DNA from: Malacoraja senta
Lineage: Eukaryota
DNA length: 64,000 bases
Reading direction: 5' to 3'
Assembly: GCA_038087875.1 (NCBI GenBank)
Contig: CM075996.1
Coordinates: 3,846,001-3,910,000, forward strand
Part shown: piece by piece, positions 1-12,107 of the stretch
Layout: the number at the start of each line of letters is the position of its first letter
How positions within the stretch are numbered: position 1 is the stretch's first letter
Program-made: the position numbers and the translations under genes
The notes under the pieces: model-generated
The model's database searches: none
The model's input: only the letters and a program-made list of their open reading frames with translations
Told to the model about the DNA's origin: nothing

Positions 1-363
1 CTGCGTGGGTTTTCTCTGAGTGCTCTGGCTTCCTCCCACCCACTCCAAAGACGTACAGGTTTGTCGGCTAGTCGGCTTGGATACAATTGTGAATGGTCCC
101 CAAGTGTGTGTAAGTCAGCGTTGGCGTGCGGGGATCGCTGGTCGGCACGGACTGGGTGGGCCGAAGGGGCCTGTTTCCGCGCTGCATCTCCAAACTAAAC
201 TAAACTAACAAAGAAGAAATTTACAAAAAATAACATTCTCTTTTTCCAAAATGGAAATCCAGTTTAACATTGCTCCAAAAATTAACGTTTGGGCTCCAAG
301 AACCGTCCTCAAGGCCCAGCTGAGCCCCTCGCAGAGGTCTCTCTCTCTCTCTCTCTCTCTGGT

Positions 364-521
364 TTACTCTCTCTTGCGGAGAATGGCGTATATTACTCCG
401 CTGATGAGGGTCAAGGGGAAACAGAGCCAGGCCAGGATGTAGGAGGACCCGTACCACCCAGTCTGGGCTTTGCTGTGGAAGGAAATGGTGTAGATGGCGG
501 CTGCGATCACCACACACAGAC
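364..521 (-). CDS. EMP1: EMP1-like coding exon 4 (TM4 and C-terminus)
   Basis: ttcttgcAG acceptor. Encodes (C)[51 protein letters not shown]. The spliced CDS is 78+97+141+158 = 474 nt = 157 aa. That length and the KGNRF motif fit EMP1 as I recall it; the RKRE end is PMP22/EMP3-like, so the symbol is less certain (~0.7) than the family. Confidence 0.9.
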
Positions 522-663
522 CTGCAAGAAGGACACAGGCATCATTAATTACCCCACACGAGGCTTTGGACACAAGGCGCGGAGACCGGCCCCGTCGGCC
601 CGTGAAGTCCGCGCTGGCCGCAAGACTCGGAAGAAGACATCTTTAATTACCCCGCGGACTTAC

Positions 664-804
664 AGGAGAGCAGCTGGAAGACTCCCGTGAAGATGAAGCG
701 GTTGCCTTTCTTCAGGGTGAAGAGCTGGCAGATGAAGACAAAGAAGCCACAGCAGCTGAAGATGACGGCGAGGACCATGCTCGCTTGCACAGCCTGCAGG
801 CAGT
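664..804 (-). CDS. EMP1: EMP1-like coding exon 3 (TM2-TM3); not in the ORF track
   Basis: ttttccAG acceptor, 141 nt, GTAAGT donor (663-658). Manual translation gives (D)[46 protein letters not shown], and the phases match both neighbouring exons. Confidence 0.92.
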
Positions 805-857
805 CTGGAAAAACAAAACACAATCAGTGGTAAACCTCAGCAGCCCAGAGAGCCTCA

Positions 858-1993
858 TGTCGACTAATGCGGGTCCCTTACAGTCAGAGACAGGTGAATT
901 TATAATGGGAAACAAAGAAATGGCAGAACAGTTAAACGAGTAAATTGGTTCTGTCTTCACTAAGGAAGACACAAACAATCTCCCAGAAATACTAGGGGAC
1001 CGAGGATCCAGTGGGAGGGAGGAACTGAAGGGAATCCACATTAGTCAGGAAATGGTGTTCGGTAAACTGTTGGGGCTGAAGGCAGATAAATCCCCAGGGC
1101 CTGATGGTCTGCATCCCAGAGTACTCAAGGAGGTGGCCCTAGAAATCGTGGATGCATTGGTGATCATTATCCAATGTTCTCTCAGATTCTCTCAGACTTA
1201 AAGATAGCGGAGTCAGGGGATATGGGGAGAAGGCAGGAACGGGGTACTGATTGGGGATGATCAGCCATGATCACATTGAATGGCAGTGCTGGCTCGAAGG
1301 GCCGAATGTCCTACTCCTGAATCTATTGTCTATTGTCTCTCGACTCTGGATCAGTTCCTGTGGACTGGAGGGTAACCAATGTAACCCCACTTTTTAAGAA
1401 AGGAGGGAGAGAGAAAACAGAGAGTTATAGACCAGTTAGCCTTATATCGGTAGTCGATTATTAAAGATGTTATAGCAGCGCATTTGGAAAGCAGTGACAA
1501 GCGGTCAATATATATATATACAACGTATATTACCAATTTAGACGAGGGATTTAAATGTGACATCTCAAAATTTGTGGATGACACAAAGCTGGGTGACAAT
1601 GTGAGCTGCGATGCGGATGCTATGAGGCTGCAGGGTAACTTGGATAGGTTGAGTGAGCGGGCAGATGCACGGCAGATGCAGTATAATTTGGATAAATGCG
1701 AGGTTATCCACTTTGGTGGCAAGAACAGGAAGGCAGATTATTATCTGAATGGTGTCAGATTAGGAAAAGGGGAAGTGCAACGAGACCTGGGTGTCCTTGT
1801 ACATCAGTCACTGAAAGTAAGCATGCAGGTACAGCAGGCAGTGAAGAAAGCTAATGGCACGTTGGCCTCATTGCGAGAGGATTTGAGTTTAGGAGCAAGG
1901 AGGTCCTACTGCAGTTGTACGCGGCCCTGGTGAGACCGCACCTGGAGTATTGTGTGCAATTTTGGTCTCCTAATTTGAGGAAAGACATTATTG
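858..1993 (+). mobile_element. CR1-clade LINE ORF2 fragments in an EMP1 intron
   Basis: KSPGPDGLHPRVLKE, ISKFVDDTKLG, RDLGVLV and [15 protein letters not shown] motifs; frameshifted and interrupted by a CR1 3' tail at ~1196-1337. Confidence 0.9.
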
Positions 1994-2554
1994 CAGGTCC
2001 CCGTGACCTGTGTGGGTTTTCTCCGGGTGCTCCGGTTTCCTCCCACGTTCCAAAGACGTGCAGGTTTGTTAGTTATTCAGCTTTTGTAAATCGCCCCTAA
2101 AGTGTAGGATACGACACTTAGATAACATAGAACTAGTGTACGGGTGATCGATGGTCGGCACAGACACGATGGGCCGAAGGGCCCGTTTCCACGTTGCAAC
2201 TCTAAACTAAATGTAATGAGGTAGGAAGGAACTGCAGGTGCCGGTTTAAACCGAAGATAGACACAAAATGCTGGAGTAACTCAAATGTCATGAGGGGCAG
2301 ACACAGGGGAGGTTGCCATCTAGAATGGAATAGCTGGGAAGTGTGTCGAGCGAAATTCCTGCAAATCCCAGAACAAGCTAGTGTGCAGAGACAAGACAAC
2401 AGTTTCTTGTTGTGTTTAGTTTAGCCTGTAACCACTAACGCGTGTAATTCTAGAGATCCCAGCCAAGTGGTGGGTGGGGACTTGATGCCTGATTTCACCA
2501 GCAGGTGGTGCCAGTGAGTCAGCTTGAAAAAGACCATATGTCCAGGTCACGTCT

Positions 2555-3332
2555 GGAGACATGCACACACGCAGATACGCACACACGCATGCAGACACAG
2601 GCAGATACGCACACACGCAGATACACACACGCATGCAGACACAGGCAGATACACACACACGCAGATACACACACGCATGCAGACACAGGCAGATACACAA
2701 AGGCAGATACACACACGCATGCAGACACACAGGCAGATACACAAAGGCAGATACACACACACGCAGCTACACACACACGCACGCAGACACACAGGCAGAT
2801 ACACAAAGGCAGATACACACACACACGCAGCTACACACACACGCATGCAGACACACAGGCAGATACACAAAGGCAGATACACACACATGCACAGGCAGAC
2901 ACACACATATGCACATGCAGACACACACACACAGGCAGACACACACACACATGCACATGCAGACACACACACATATGCACACACAGGCAGACATCGCAGG
3001 CAGACACACACACAGGCAGACACTCACACACAGGCAGACATCGCAGGCAGACACACACACAGGCAGACACTCACACACAGGCAGACACACACACACACGC
3101 ACAGATCTACAGGCAGATGCACACAGAGACACGCAGACACACGCGAACACACAGATACAGACACACACAGATACACACACAGACACACGCGAACATACAG
3201 ACAGACAGATAGACACACAGACAGATACGAACACACAGATACAGATAAACAGACATGACTGGGATACACAGACACAGACAGACACATACATAGACACACA
3301 CAGACGGACACACACACACACACACACACACA
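2555..3332. repeat. Complex CA-rich microsatellite (GCAGATACACAC / CAGGCAGACAC units)
   Basis: Read directly; source of spurious HT/CV-rich ORFs. Confidence 0.95.
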
Positions 3333-4370
3333 ATCCCAGCTGGAAAAGGGTGATGTGGACAGATTTAAGCCTAAGGGAAGGAAAGATGAACAAGGACAGT
3401 GAGCTGTAAATAAGAGTGAGTACAAGCTTGATAAGCAGTGCTTGATTTAGCAAGGGAAAAGGGCAAATACACTGTGTGGAGTTTGTATGTTCTCCCTGTG
3501 ACCAGGTGGGTTTCCTCCGGGTGCTCCGGTTTCCCTCCACATCTCAAAGGTGTGCGGGTTTGTAGGTTAATTGGCCCTCTGTAGATTGCCCCTAGAGCAA
3601 AAGTGGGATAACACAGAACCAGTGTGAATGGGTGATCGATTGATTGATGGTCGGCCTGGACTCGATGGGCTGAAAGGCCTGTTTCCATGCTGTATCTTTA
3701 AACTAAATACGAATTACTGCTCAGGCATTTCAATACAACCCATTTGCATCTAAGGGTGGCACAGTAATGGAGTTGCTGCCTTAGGGCGCCAAGGACCCGG
3801 GTTCGATCCTGACTACGGGTGCTGTCCGTACGGAGTTTGCACGTTCTCCCTGCAACCACGTGGGTTTTCTCCAGGTGCACCAGGGTTTGAACGATTAGTT
3901 TAAAGATACATCGCGGAAACAGGCCCTTCGGCCCGCCAAGTCTATCTGACGCACTCGGGACCATTTACAGAAGCCAATTAACCTACAAACCTGCACGTCT
4001 TTAGAATGTGGAGGAAGCCGGAGCACCCGGAGAAAACCCACGCAGGTCACGGGCAGAACCTATAAACTCCGTACAGACCAGCACCCATAGTCAGGATCGA
4101 ACCCGGGACTCAGGCGAATGTGCCGCCCACATTCCAAAGACGTGCTGGTTTGTAGGTCAATTGGCTTCTGCAAATCGGCCCTAGTGTGTTCGATCCGAAA
4201 CTGGGATAGCACAGAACTAATGTACCGGTGATGGATTGTCAGCATGGACTCTGTGGGCAGAAGGGCCTGTTTCCAAGCTGTATCTCTAAACTCAAACTTG
4301 TCCCGAGAGCAGGAGACGACCTGAATGTAAATCAAAAAGCTAGGATGTTGTCTATGGCAAGTGTTCTTAC

Positions 4371-4467
4371 CATCCAAATCCTTATAGACTACGGTGGCAC
4401 AGGTGCCGTTCCCATGGAAACACTGCTTCCAAATGTCCATGCTGTAGCCGGCTGTGCTCCACCAAGC
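4371..4467 (-). CDS. EMP1: EMP1-like coding exon 2 (first extracellular loop)
   Basis: CAG acceptor (AG at 4469-4468), 97 nt, GTAAGA donor. Encodes AWWSTAGYSMDIWKQCFHGNGTCATVVYKDLD, with the PMP22/claudin W..W..C..C signature and an N-G-T glycosylation sequon. Confidence 0.9.
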
Positions 4468-4575
4468 CTGTTGGCAGAACAAATAGTCAGCATACAGGGT
4501 GAGAATAGTCAGCATACAGGGTGAAAATCCATCCTACCACAACCAGAGAGCAGTGCTCACTCAGTCTTAATCCTT

Positions 4576-5150
4576 CTGCAGAGAATTGTGGATGCAGCCC
4601 AGACCATCACACAAACCAACCTCCCTTCTATTGACTCCATCTACACCTCACGCTGCCTCGACAAGGCCAGCAGCATCATCAAGGACCAGTCTCACACCCC
4701 GGCCACTCCCCTCTTCTCCCCTCTCCCATCGGGCAAAAGGTACAGAAGTGTGAAAACGAACGCACACACCTCCAGATTCAGGGACAGTTTCTTCCCAGCT
4801 GTTATCAGGCAACTGAACGATCCTACCACAACCAGAGAGCGGTCCTGAACTACTATCTACTTCTTTGGTGACCCTCGGACTATCCTGTACCCTGTGGATG
4901 GCCCGATGGTAATCATGTATTGTCTTTCTGCTGACTGGTTAGCACGCAACAAAAAGCTTTTCACTGTACCTAGGGAGCAGTCCTGGGTTACTATATACCT
5001 CACTGGAGACCCTCGGACTATATTTGATTGGACTTTACCTTGCACTAACTATGATTCACGTTATTCCCTTTACCCCGTGTATCTGTACACCGTGGGCAGC
5101 TTGATTGTCATCATGTATTGTCTTTGCACGCAAAAGCTTTTCACTGTACC
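4576..5150 (+). mobile_element. Rex1-related degenerate 3' fragment
   Basis: LPSIDSIYTSRCLDKASSIIKD..LPSGKRYRS..RFRDSFFPAVIRQLN. Related pieces lie at ~8110-8336(-), 26752-26945, 40427-40590 and 58870-59120. Confidence 0.8.
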
Positions 5151-5812
5151 ATAGAAACATTGAAAATAGGTGCAAGAGGAGGCCATTCAGCCCTTCGAGC
5201 CTGCACCGCCATTCATTGTGATCATGGCTGATCGCCCCCTATCAATAACCCGTGCCTGCCTTCTCCCCATATCCCTTGACTCCACCAGCCCCTAGAGCTC
5301 TATCTAACTCTCTCTTAAATCCCTCCAGTGACTTGGCCTCCACTGCCCTCTGTGGCAGGGAATTCCACAAATTCACAACTCTCTGGGTGAAAACGTTTTT
5401 TCTTACCTCAGTCTTAAATGGCCTCCCCTTTATTCTAAGACTGTGTGCCCTCCCTGGTTCTGGACTCGCCCAACATTGGGTACCTCGGTACACGTGGCAA
5501 GATAAGATAAGATAAGATAAGATATACCTTTAATAATCCTTTACAGGAAATTACAGCGCCACGACAGCTTCAAGACAGACATAACACCACACATTTCCTC
5601 AAATAGCTTCCATACTTAACAAGTTAAAATACAAGTTAAAATACAAGTTAAAATACAATTAATGAAAAAAAGAAGAAAAACCCCCCCATATAAACTAAAC
5701 ATCCTATGCACTCTTACGAGACTTTTTACGGAAGCCAATCAACCAACAAACCTGCACGTCTTTGGAGCGTGGGAAGAGTCCGGAGCAACCCGGAGAAAAC
5801 CCAGCTGTTCAC

Positions 5813-6425
5813 TGTACCTCATCCACACATTCATCTCCTCCCGCCTAGATTACTGCAACTCCCTTTACACCGGCATCAGCCAATCTTCCCTGTCCCGCCT
5901 GCAACTGGTCCAAAATGCCGCAGCGAGACTCCTGACGGGCACCCGAAAAAGGGACCACATCACCCCGATCCTCGCCTCTCTCCACCACTGGCTCCCTGTG
6001 CGGTTCCGTATAAACTTCAAGATCCTCCTCCATGTCTACAAGGCCCTCAACGGGCTTGCCCCCACCTACATAAAAAGTCTTCTCACCCACCACTCCACCT
6101 CCAGGCCCCTCAGATCGGCCGACTTGGGGTTGCTGAATATCCCACGGTCTAGGCATAAGCTCAGGGGCGACCGCGCCTTTGCGGTTGCAGCCCCTAGACT
6201 GTGGAACAGCATCCCCCTTCCCATCAGAACTGCCCCCTCCATCGACTCCTTTAAGTCAAGACTAAAGACTTATCTATACTCCCAAGCCTTTCCTGACGTC
6301 CTCTGAGTGAGGGCTACATGTATATATGTATGTAGTTTGTTTTGTTTGTGCTATTCTTATAACAAATGTAAAGCACTTTGGCCAACGAGAGTTGTTTTTT
6401 AAATGTGCTATATAAATAAATGTGA
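5813..6425 (+). mobile_element. L2-clade LINE 3' fragment
   Basis: HTFISSRLDYCNSL..LQLVQNAAARLL..HITP.L..LHHWLPV..GDRAFAVAAPRLWN..FKSRLKT, followed by the L2-type 3' end GTAAAGCACTTTG..TGCTATATAAATAAA. Confidence 0.92.
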
Positions 6426-6561
6426 CGACTCGACAATTTCCGAAGCATTAAACTGGGGGATGGAGATGGGAGATGACTTCTCCCTAGCTCTTCACTTCAT
6501 CGGTGTCAGAGTCTACCGGGAGTGAGGAAAACCGAGAGCAGGAGTCCAGCTCCACACTTAC

Positions 6562-6639
6562 GCTGTTAGCCGTGGATATAATGAGGAAGATGATTGTGCT
6601 AAGGTGCAGGAGGAAGATGGCCACCAGTAACATCAGCAT
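6562..6639 (-). CDS. EMP1: PMP22/EMP-family tetraspan protein (probably epithelial membrane protein 1), coding exon 1 of 4
   Basis: ATG at 6639 (context ccaacATG). Encodes MLMLLVAIFLLHLSTIIFLIISTANS (TM1), 78 nt, followed by a GTAAGT donor (6561-6556). A likely acceptor (polypyrimidine + CAG) puts the exon start near 6688, so a non-coding exon lies further upstream. Confidence 0.9.
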
Positions 6640-6944
6640 GTTGGATCCACCGAGTTGTCTGGGGGCAATTTCTACGCAAAAAGTAATCCTGCGGAGAGTA
6701 GAAAAATAGTTAAGACACTTCATGCAAATCTGGAACAAGATAAAAACATCATCCGATTTATCTGTTTAAGAAAGAACTGCAGATGCTGGAAAAATCGAAA
6801 GGCAGACAAAAAATGCTGGAGAAACTCAGCGGGTGAGGCAGCATCTATGGAGAGAAGATTTGGGGCGTTTCCGGTCGAGACCCTTCTTCAGACCAATCTC
6901 CGATTTATATTGTGTAGGAAGGAACGGCAGATGCAAGGTAAACT

Positions 6945-8108
6945 TAGAAACATAGACAATAGGTGCAGGAGGAGGCCATTCGGCCCTTCGAGCCTGCACC
7001 GCCATTCATTGCTATCATGGCTGATCATCCCAATCAATAACCTGTGCCTGCCTTCTCCCCATATCCCTTGATTCCACTAGCCCCTATCTAACTCTCTCTT
7101 AAATCCATCCAGTGATTTAGCCTCCACTGCCCTCTGTGGCAGGGAATTCCACAAATTCACAACTCTCTGAGTGAAAACGTTTTTTCTCACCTCAGTCTTA
7201 AATGGCCTCCCCTTTATTCTAAAACTGTGGGCCCTGGTTCTGGACTCGCCCAACATTGGGAACATTTTTCCTGCATCTAGCTTGTCCAGTCCTTTTATAA
7301 TTTTATATGTTTCTATAAGATTTACCCTTCATCCTTCTAAACTCCAGTGAATACAAGCCTAGTCTTTTAAATCATTCCTCATATGACAGTCCTGCCATCT
7401 CAGGGATCAATCTTCAGAACCTACGCTGCACTGCCTCAATCACAAGGATGTCCTTCCTCAAATTAGGAGAGTGCAAGGTAAACATAGAAACATAGACAAT
7501 AGGCGCAGGAGTAGGCCATTCGGCCCTTCGAGCCTGCACCGCCATTCAATATGATCATGGCTGATCATCCAACTCAGTATCCCGTACCTGCCTTCTCTCC
7601 ATACCCCCTGATCCCTTTAGCCACAAGGGCCACATCTAACTCCCTCTTAAATATAGCCAATGAACTGGCCTCAACTACCTTCTGTGGCAGAGAATTCCAC
7701 AGATTCACCACTCTCTGTGTGAAAAATGATTTTCACATCTCGGTCCTAAAAGACTTCCCCCTTATCCTTAAACTGTGACCCCTTGTTCTGAACTTCCCCA
7801 ACATCGGGAACAATCTTCCTGCATCTAGCCTGTCCAACCCCTTAAGAATCTTGTAAGTTTCTATAAGATCCCCCTGAATCTTATAAATTCTAGCGAGTAC
7901 AAGCCGAGTCTATCCAGTCTTTCTTCATATGAAAGTCCTGCCATCCCAGGAATCTGGTGAACCTTCTCTGTACTCCCTCTATGGCAAGAATGTCTTTCCT
8001 CAGATTTGGTGACCAAAACTGTACGCAATACTCCAGGTGTGGCCTCACCAAGACCCTGTACAACTGCAGTAGAACCTCCCTGCTCTTATACTCAAATCCT
8101 TTTGCTAT
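6945..8108 (-). mobile_element. Two tandem CR1 3'-end fragments
   Basis: GESRTRAHS..VVNLWNSLP..FKRELD peptide plus the CR1 3' UTR (CCATGATCA..GAAGGGCCGAATGGCCT) with TTGTCTA/TTTCTATG tails. Confidence 0.88.
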
Positions 8109-10510
8109 GTAAAGCCAGCAAAGTCCAATCGAGGATAGTCCAAGGTAGATAGTAGTTCAGCACTGCTTCTCTGGTTGTGGTAGGATGGTTCAGTTGCCTG
8201 ATAACAGCTGGAAGAATCTGACCCTGAATCTGGAGGTGTGAGTTTTCACACTTCTGTACCTTTTGCCCGATGGGAGAGGGAGAAGAGGGAGTGGCCGGGG
8301 TGTGACTGGTCCTTGATATGTGCTGCTGGCCTTGCCCAACTGCGGATGCTGGTTTATACTGAAGTTGGACGCAAAGTGCTGGAGTAACCCAGCAGGTCAA
8401 GGCAGCATCTCTGGAGAAAAAGGAATAGGTGACATCAGGCCGCTTTGCAAATGTTACCCTGCGTGTCACTTTTTTGTTGTTGTAATCCAGCATCTGCAGT
8501 TCCTCATGTCCACAGCTGGGTTCAAGACAGAGACGGCAACCTGCAGTCCTGTGTGGGTGGAACTGGACGGGCCAGGTCCCACAGAGGGAGCACAATCAGC
8601 GGCAGAGTTGCTGCATTAACAGCACCAGAGCCCCGGGTCCCAGGTTCGATCCTGACTACGGGTGCTGTCTGTACGGAGTTTGTACGTTCTCCCCCCCCCA
8701 AGATCTTCGGTTTCCTCCCACACTCCACAAGACGTGCAGGCGTGGGAGTTAATTGGCTTGGTATTAAAATGTAAAACTGTCCCTAGTGCGTGTAGATAGT
8801 GTTAGTGTGCGGGGATCGCTGGTCGGAGCGGACTCGATGGGCCGAAGGGCCTGTTTCCCCGCTGTATCTCTAAACTAAAGGTGACGTTTTGGGTTCTTCT
8901 TCAGAATCAGAATCACACTTTATTCGCCAAGTATGTTTTGCAACCCTATACGAGGAATTTCTTCTTCTTGCGTATGGCGTGCCCACTGCCTAAAGTTGTA
9001 GGGCAACTTGTTCCATTTGATCTTATTCGATTGTGCACGCCGGGTTGATTGCATTCGTCGAAACAGGGCGGACCACGTGAAGGTTGCAATCTTCCAGCCC
9101 AACGTTTTGGGTTGTACACTGGGGACGATCAGCCATGATCACATTGAATGGCGGTGCTGGCTCGAAGGGCCGAATGGCCTACTCCTGCACCTATTGTCTA
9201 TTGTCTACACTCGAGTCCGAAGAAGGGTCCCGACCTGAAACTTCAGGCGTCTGTCTGTGTGTCCTTTTTGTTGTTGTTGTAATCCAGCATCTGCAGTACC
9301 TCGTGTCCACAGCAGGATTCAAGGCAGAGATGGCAACGTGCAGTGTGTTGTGTATCGGGAACGGGGCAGGTCCCACGGGGGAGGCGAGGTCAGCTAACTG
9401 GGACTAAAGGTCGGAGGGTTGCAGCCTGCTCCGAGACTGCCTCCCTCCCTCCCCCATCGCCACCTGCTGTAACATGAACATCCAGCCTCTGCTGTGCAGC
9501 TGCCCGTTAGTTAACAGCCACATTAGCCTGCACACACACACACAGTCACGCCGGCCCCATCTCACCCAGCCCCTTCTATCATGTCCACCGGACCTCGCTG
9601 TAACACATTGCTGGGGTAAACAAATTCCTGCCTCAGATAAAGGCAACCACTGGTTTTTTTTAAATCACACGAAATACGGCCATCAATGCCAGCACCGCCA
9701 ACAATGTTCAGTTAGAAACACAGAAAACATAGGGAAAATAGGTGCAGGAAGAGGCCATTCGGCCCTTCGAGCCAGCACCGCCATTTAATGTGCGGTGCTG
9801 GCTCGAATCTTAAACCAGAAACAGGGGAGACACACAGTTTAAGAATAAGGAGTAAGCCATTTAGAACAGAGACGAGGAAACACTTGTTCTCACAGAGAGT
9901 GGTGAGTCTGTGGAATTCTCTGCCTCAGTGGGCGGTGGAGGCAGGTTCTCTGGATGCTTTCAAGAGAGATCTAGGTAGGGCTCTTAAAAATAGCGGAGTC
10001 AGGGGATATGGGGAGAAGGCAGGAACGGGGTACTGATTGGGGATGATCAGCCATGATCACATTGAATGGCGGTGCTGGCTCGAAGGGCCGAATGGCCTAC
10101 TCCTGCACCTATTGTCTATTGCAGGAAGCGGCCATTTGGCCCTTCGAGCCAGCATCACCATTCAATGTGATCATGGCTGATCATCCCCAATCAGTACCCC
10201 GTTCCTGCCTTCTTCATCCATATCCCTCAGCGGGTCAGGCAGCATCTATGGAGAGAAGGAACGTGTGTCTTTCTTCGGAGTAAACCAGCATCTGCTGCCT
10301 CTTCCAATGTGTAAGTATTTTGGAAGGAACTGCGGATGCTGGTTTACACACGCATAAAAACAAACAACAGTAGTACAAAATTATGGGCAACGGTCAAGGA
10401 ATACCAGGCAGCGGGACAACTCGCTACATTCATACACATGTGATGGGAAACACACAGAGCAAGTGTGGAATGTGAAACGGCATTCTCTCTCCAGTTACTA
10501 CTCACCCCTC

Positions 10511-11480
10511 CCCTCTCTCTCTCACACACACTATCTCTCTCTCTCTCTCACACACACTCTCACACACACTCTCTCACACACACACTGTCTCACACACACT
10601 CTCTCTCACACACACACACACTCTCACACACACACTCTCTCTCCCACACACACTCTCTCTCCCACACACACTCTCTCTCCCACACACACTCTCTCCCACA
10701 CACACTCTCTCCCACACACACACACACTCACACACTCTCTCTCCCACACACACTCTCTCCCACACACACACTCTTTCCCACACACACTCTTTCCCACACA
10801 CACTCTCTCCCACACACACTCTCTCCCACACACACACTCTCTCCCACACACTCTCTCCCACACACACACTCTCTCCCACACACACTCTCTCCCACACACA
10901 CTCTCTCCCACACACACACACACTCACACACTCTCTCTCCCACACACACTCTCTCCCACACACACACTCTCTCTCCCACACACACACACTCTCTCCCACA
11001 CACACTCTCTCCCACACACACTCTCTCCCACACACACTCTCTCCCACACACACACACACTCACACACTCTCTCTCCCACACACACTCTCTCCCACACACA
11101 CACACACTCTCTCCCACACACACACACTCTCTCCCACACACACTCACTCACACACACACTCTCACACACACTCTCTCTCCCTCTCACACACTCTCTCTCC
11201 CTCTCACACACTCTCTCTCCCTCCCTCTCTCCCTCTCTCACACACTTTCTCTCTCTCACACACACTCTCTCTCTCTCACACACTCTCTCTCTCACGCACT
11301 CTCTCTCTCACGCACTCTCTCTCTCTCTCACACACTCTCTCTCTCACGCACTCTCTCTCTCTCACTCTCTCTCTCTCTCACACACTCCCTCTCTCTCCCA
11401 CACACACTCTCTCCCACACACACTCACACACACTCTCTCTCTCTCTCTCACACTCCCTCTCTCTCACACACACACACACA
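10511..11480. repeat. (CT)n/(CA)n compound microsatellite
   Basis: Read directly (CTCTCTCCCACACACA units). Confidence 0.95.
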
Positions 11481-11907
11481 GATTCCTGCCACAGCGAGCG
11501 CTATCGGGACTCTTTAAAAAAAACATAACTGATTCAAAACATCTGTTTTAAAGTCGAGATCCCCGCGTTCATCCCTAACCGGGGGGGGGGGGGGGCGAGG
11601 TTTACAAAACCATTCTGGAAATAAAGAACTCTTTCTCTTAAACCGTCGTAAACATACAAATCTCACCCCTGCAATTCCCATTAAGCTAGAAAATTATGTT
11701 TTAAGCAATCGGACAAGAGGCTCCGTGAAATATTCGACCCCCAAGTCCTTTACATCCGTGAAGTTGGGGCCGTTTTCAACTTAAACTCCAACGCGTTGGT
11801 GCAGATAGGTCGCTCGCAGTTTACAGCTGAATGTCACTTTCTTCCACTGAAAAGATCATTCTCTCCCACTTGGTCCCGGGGTTGAGGGGAGGAGGGGGGT
11901 GGGGGGT

Positions 11908-12107
11908 NNNNNNNNNNNNNNNNNNNNNNNNNNNNNNNNNNNNNNNNNNNNNNNNNNNNNNNNNNNNNNNNNNNNNNNNNNNNNNNNNNNNNNNNNNNNN
12001 NNNNNNNNNNNNNNNNNNNNNNNNNNNNNNNNNNNNNNNNNNNNNNNNNNNNNNNNNNNNNNNNNNNNNNNNNNNNNNNNNNNNNNNNNNNNNNNNNNNN
12101 NNNNNNN
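11908..12107. other. Assembly gap (200 N)
   Basis: N-run. Confidence 1.

Noticed and set aside
364..573. ORF-track starts for the EMP-like exons (MSKASCG.., MLTILTL.., MFQICMK..)
   Set aside because: The N-terminal extensions are intron or UTR read-through; canonical splice sites define the true exons.
2416..3540. Long His/Thr- and Cys/Val-rich ORFs (also at 10463-11551 and 21672-22350)
   Set aside because: They are translations of CA/CT microsatellites that lack stop codons in several frames; there is no evidence of coding.
9390..9700. EMP1 non-coding exon 1/promoter (alternatives at ~11480-11880 and ~22380-22850)
   Set aside because: These are unique islands, but no decisive TATA, donor or CpG-island evidence lets me choose among them, and a gap at 11908 may hide the true site.
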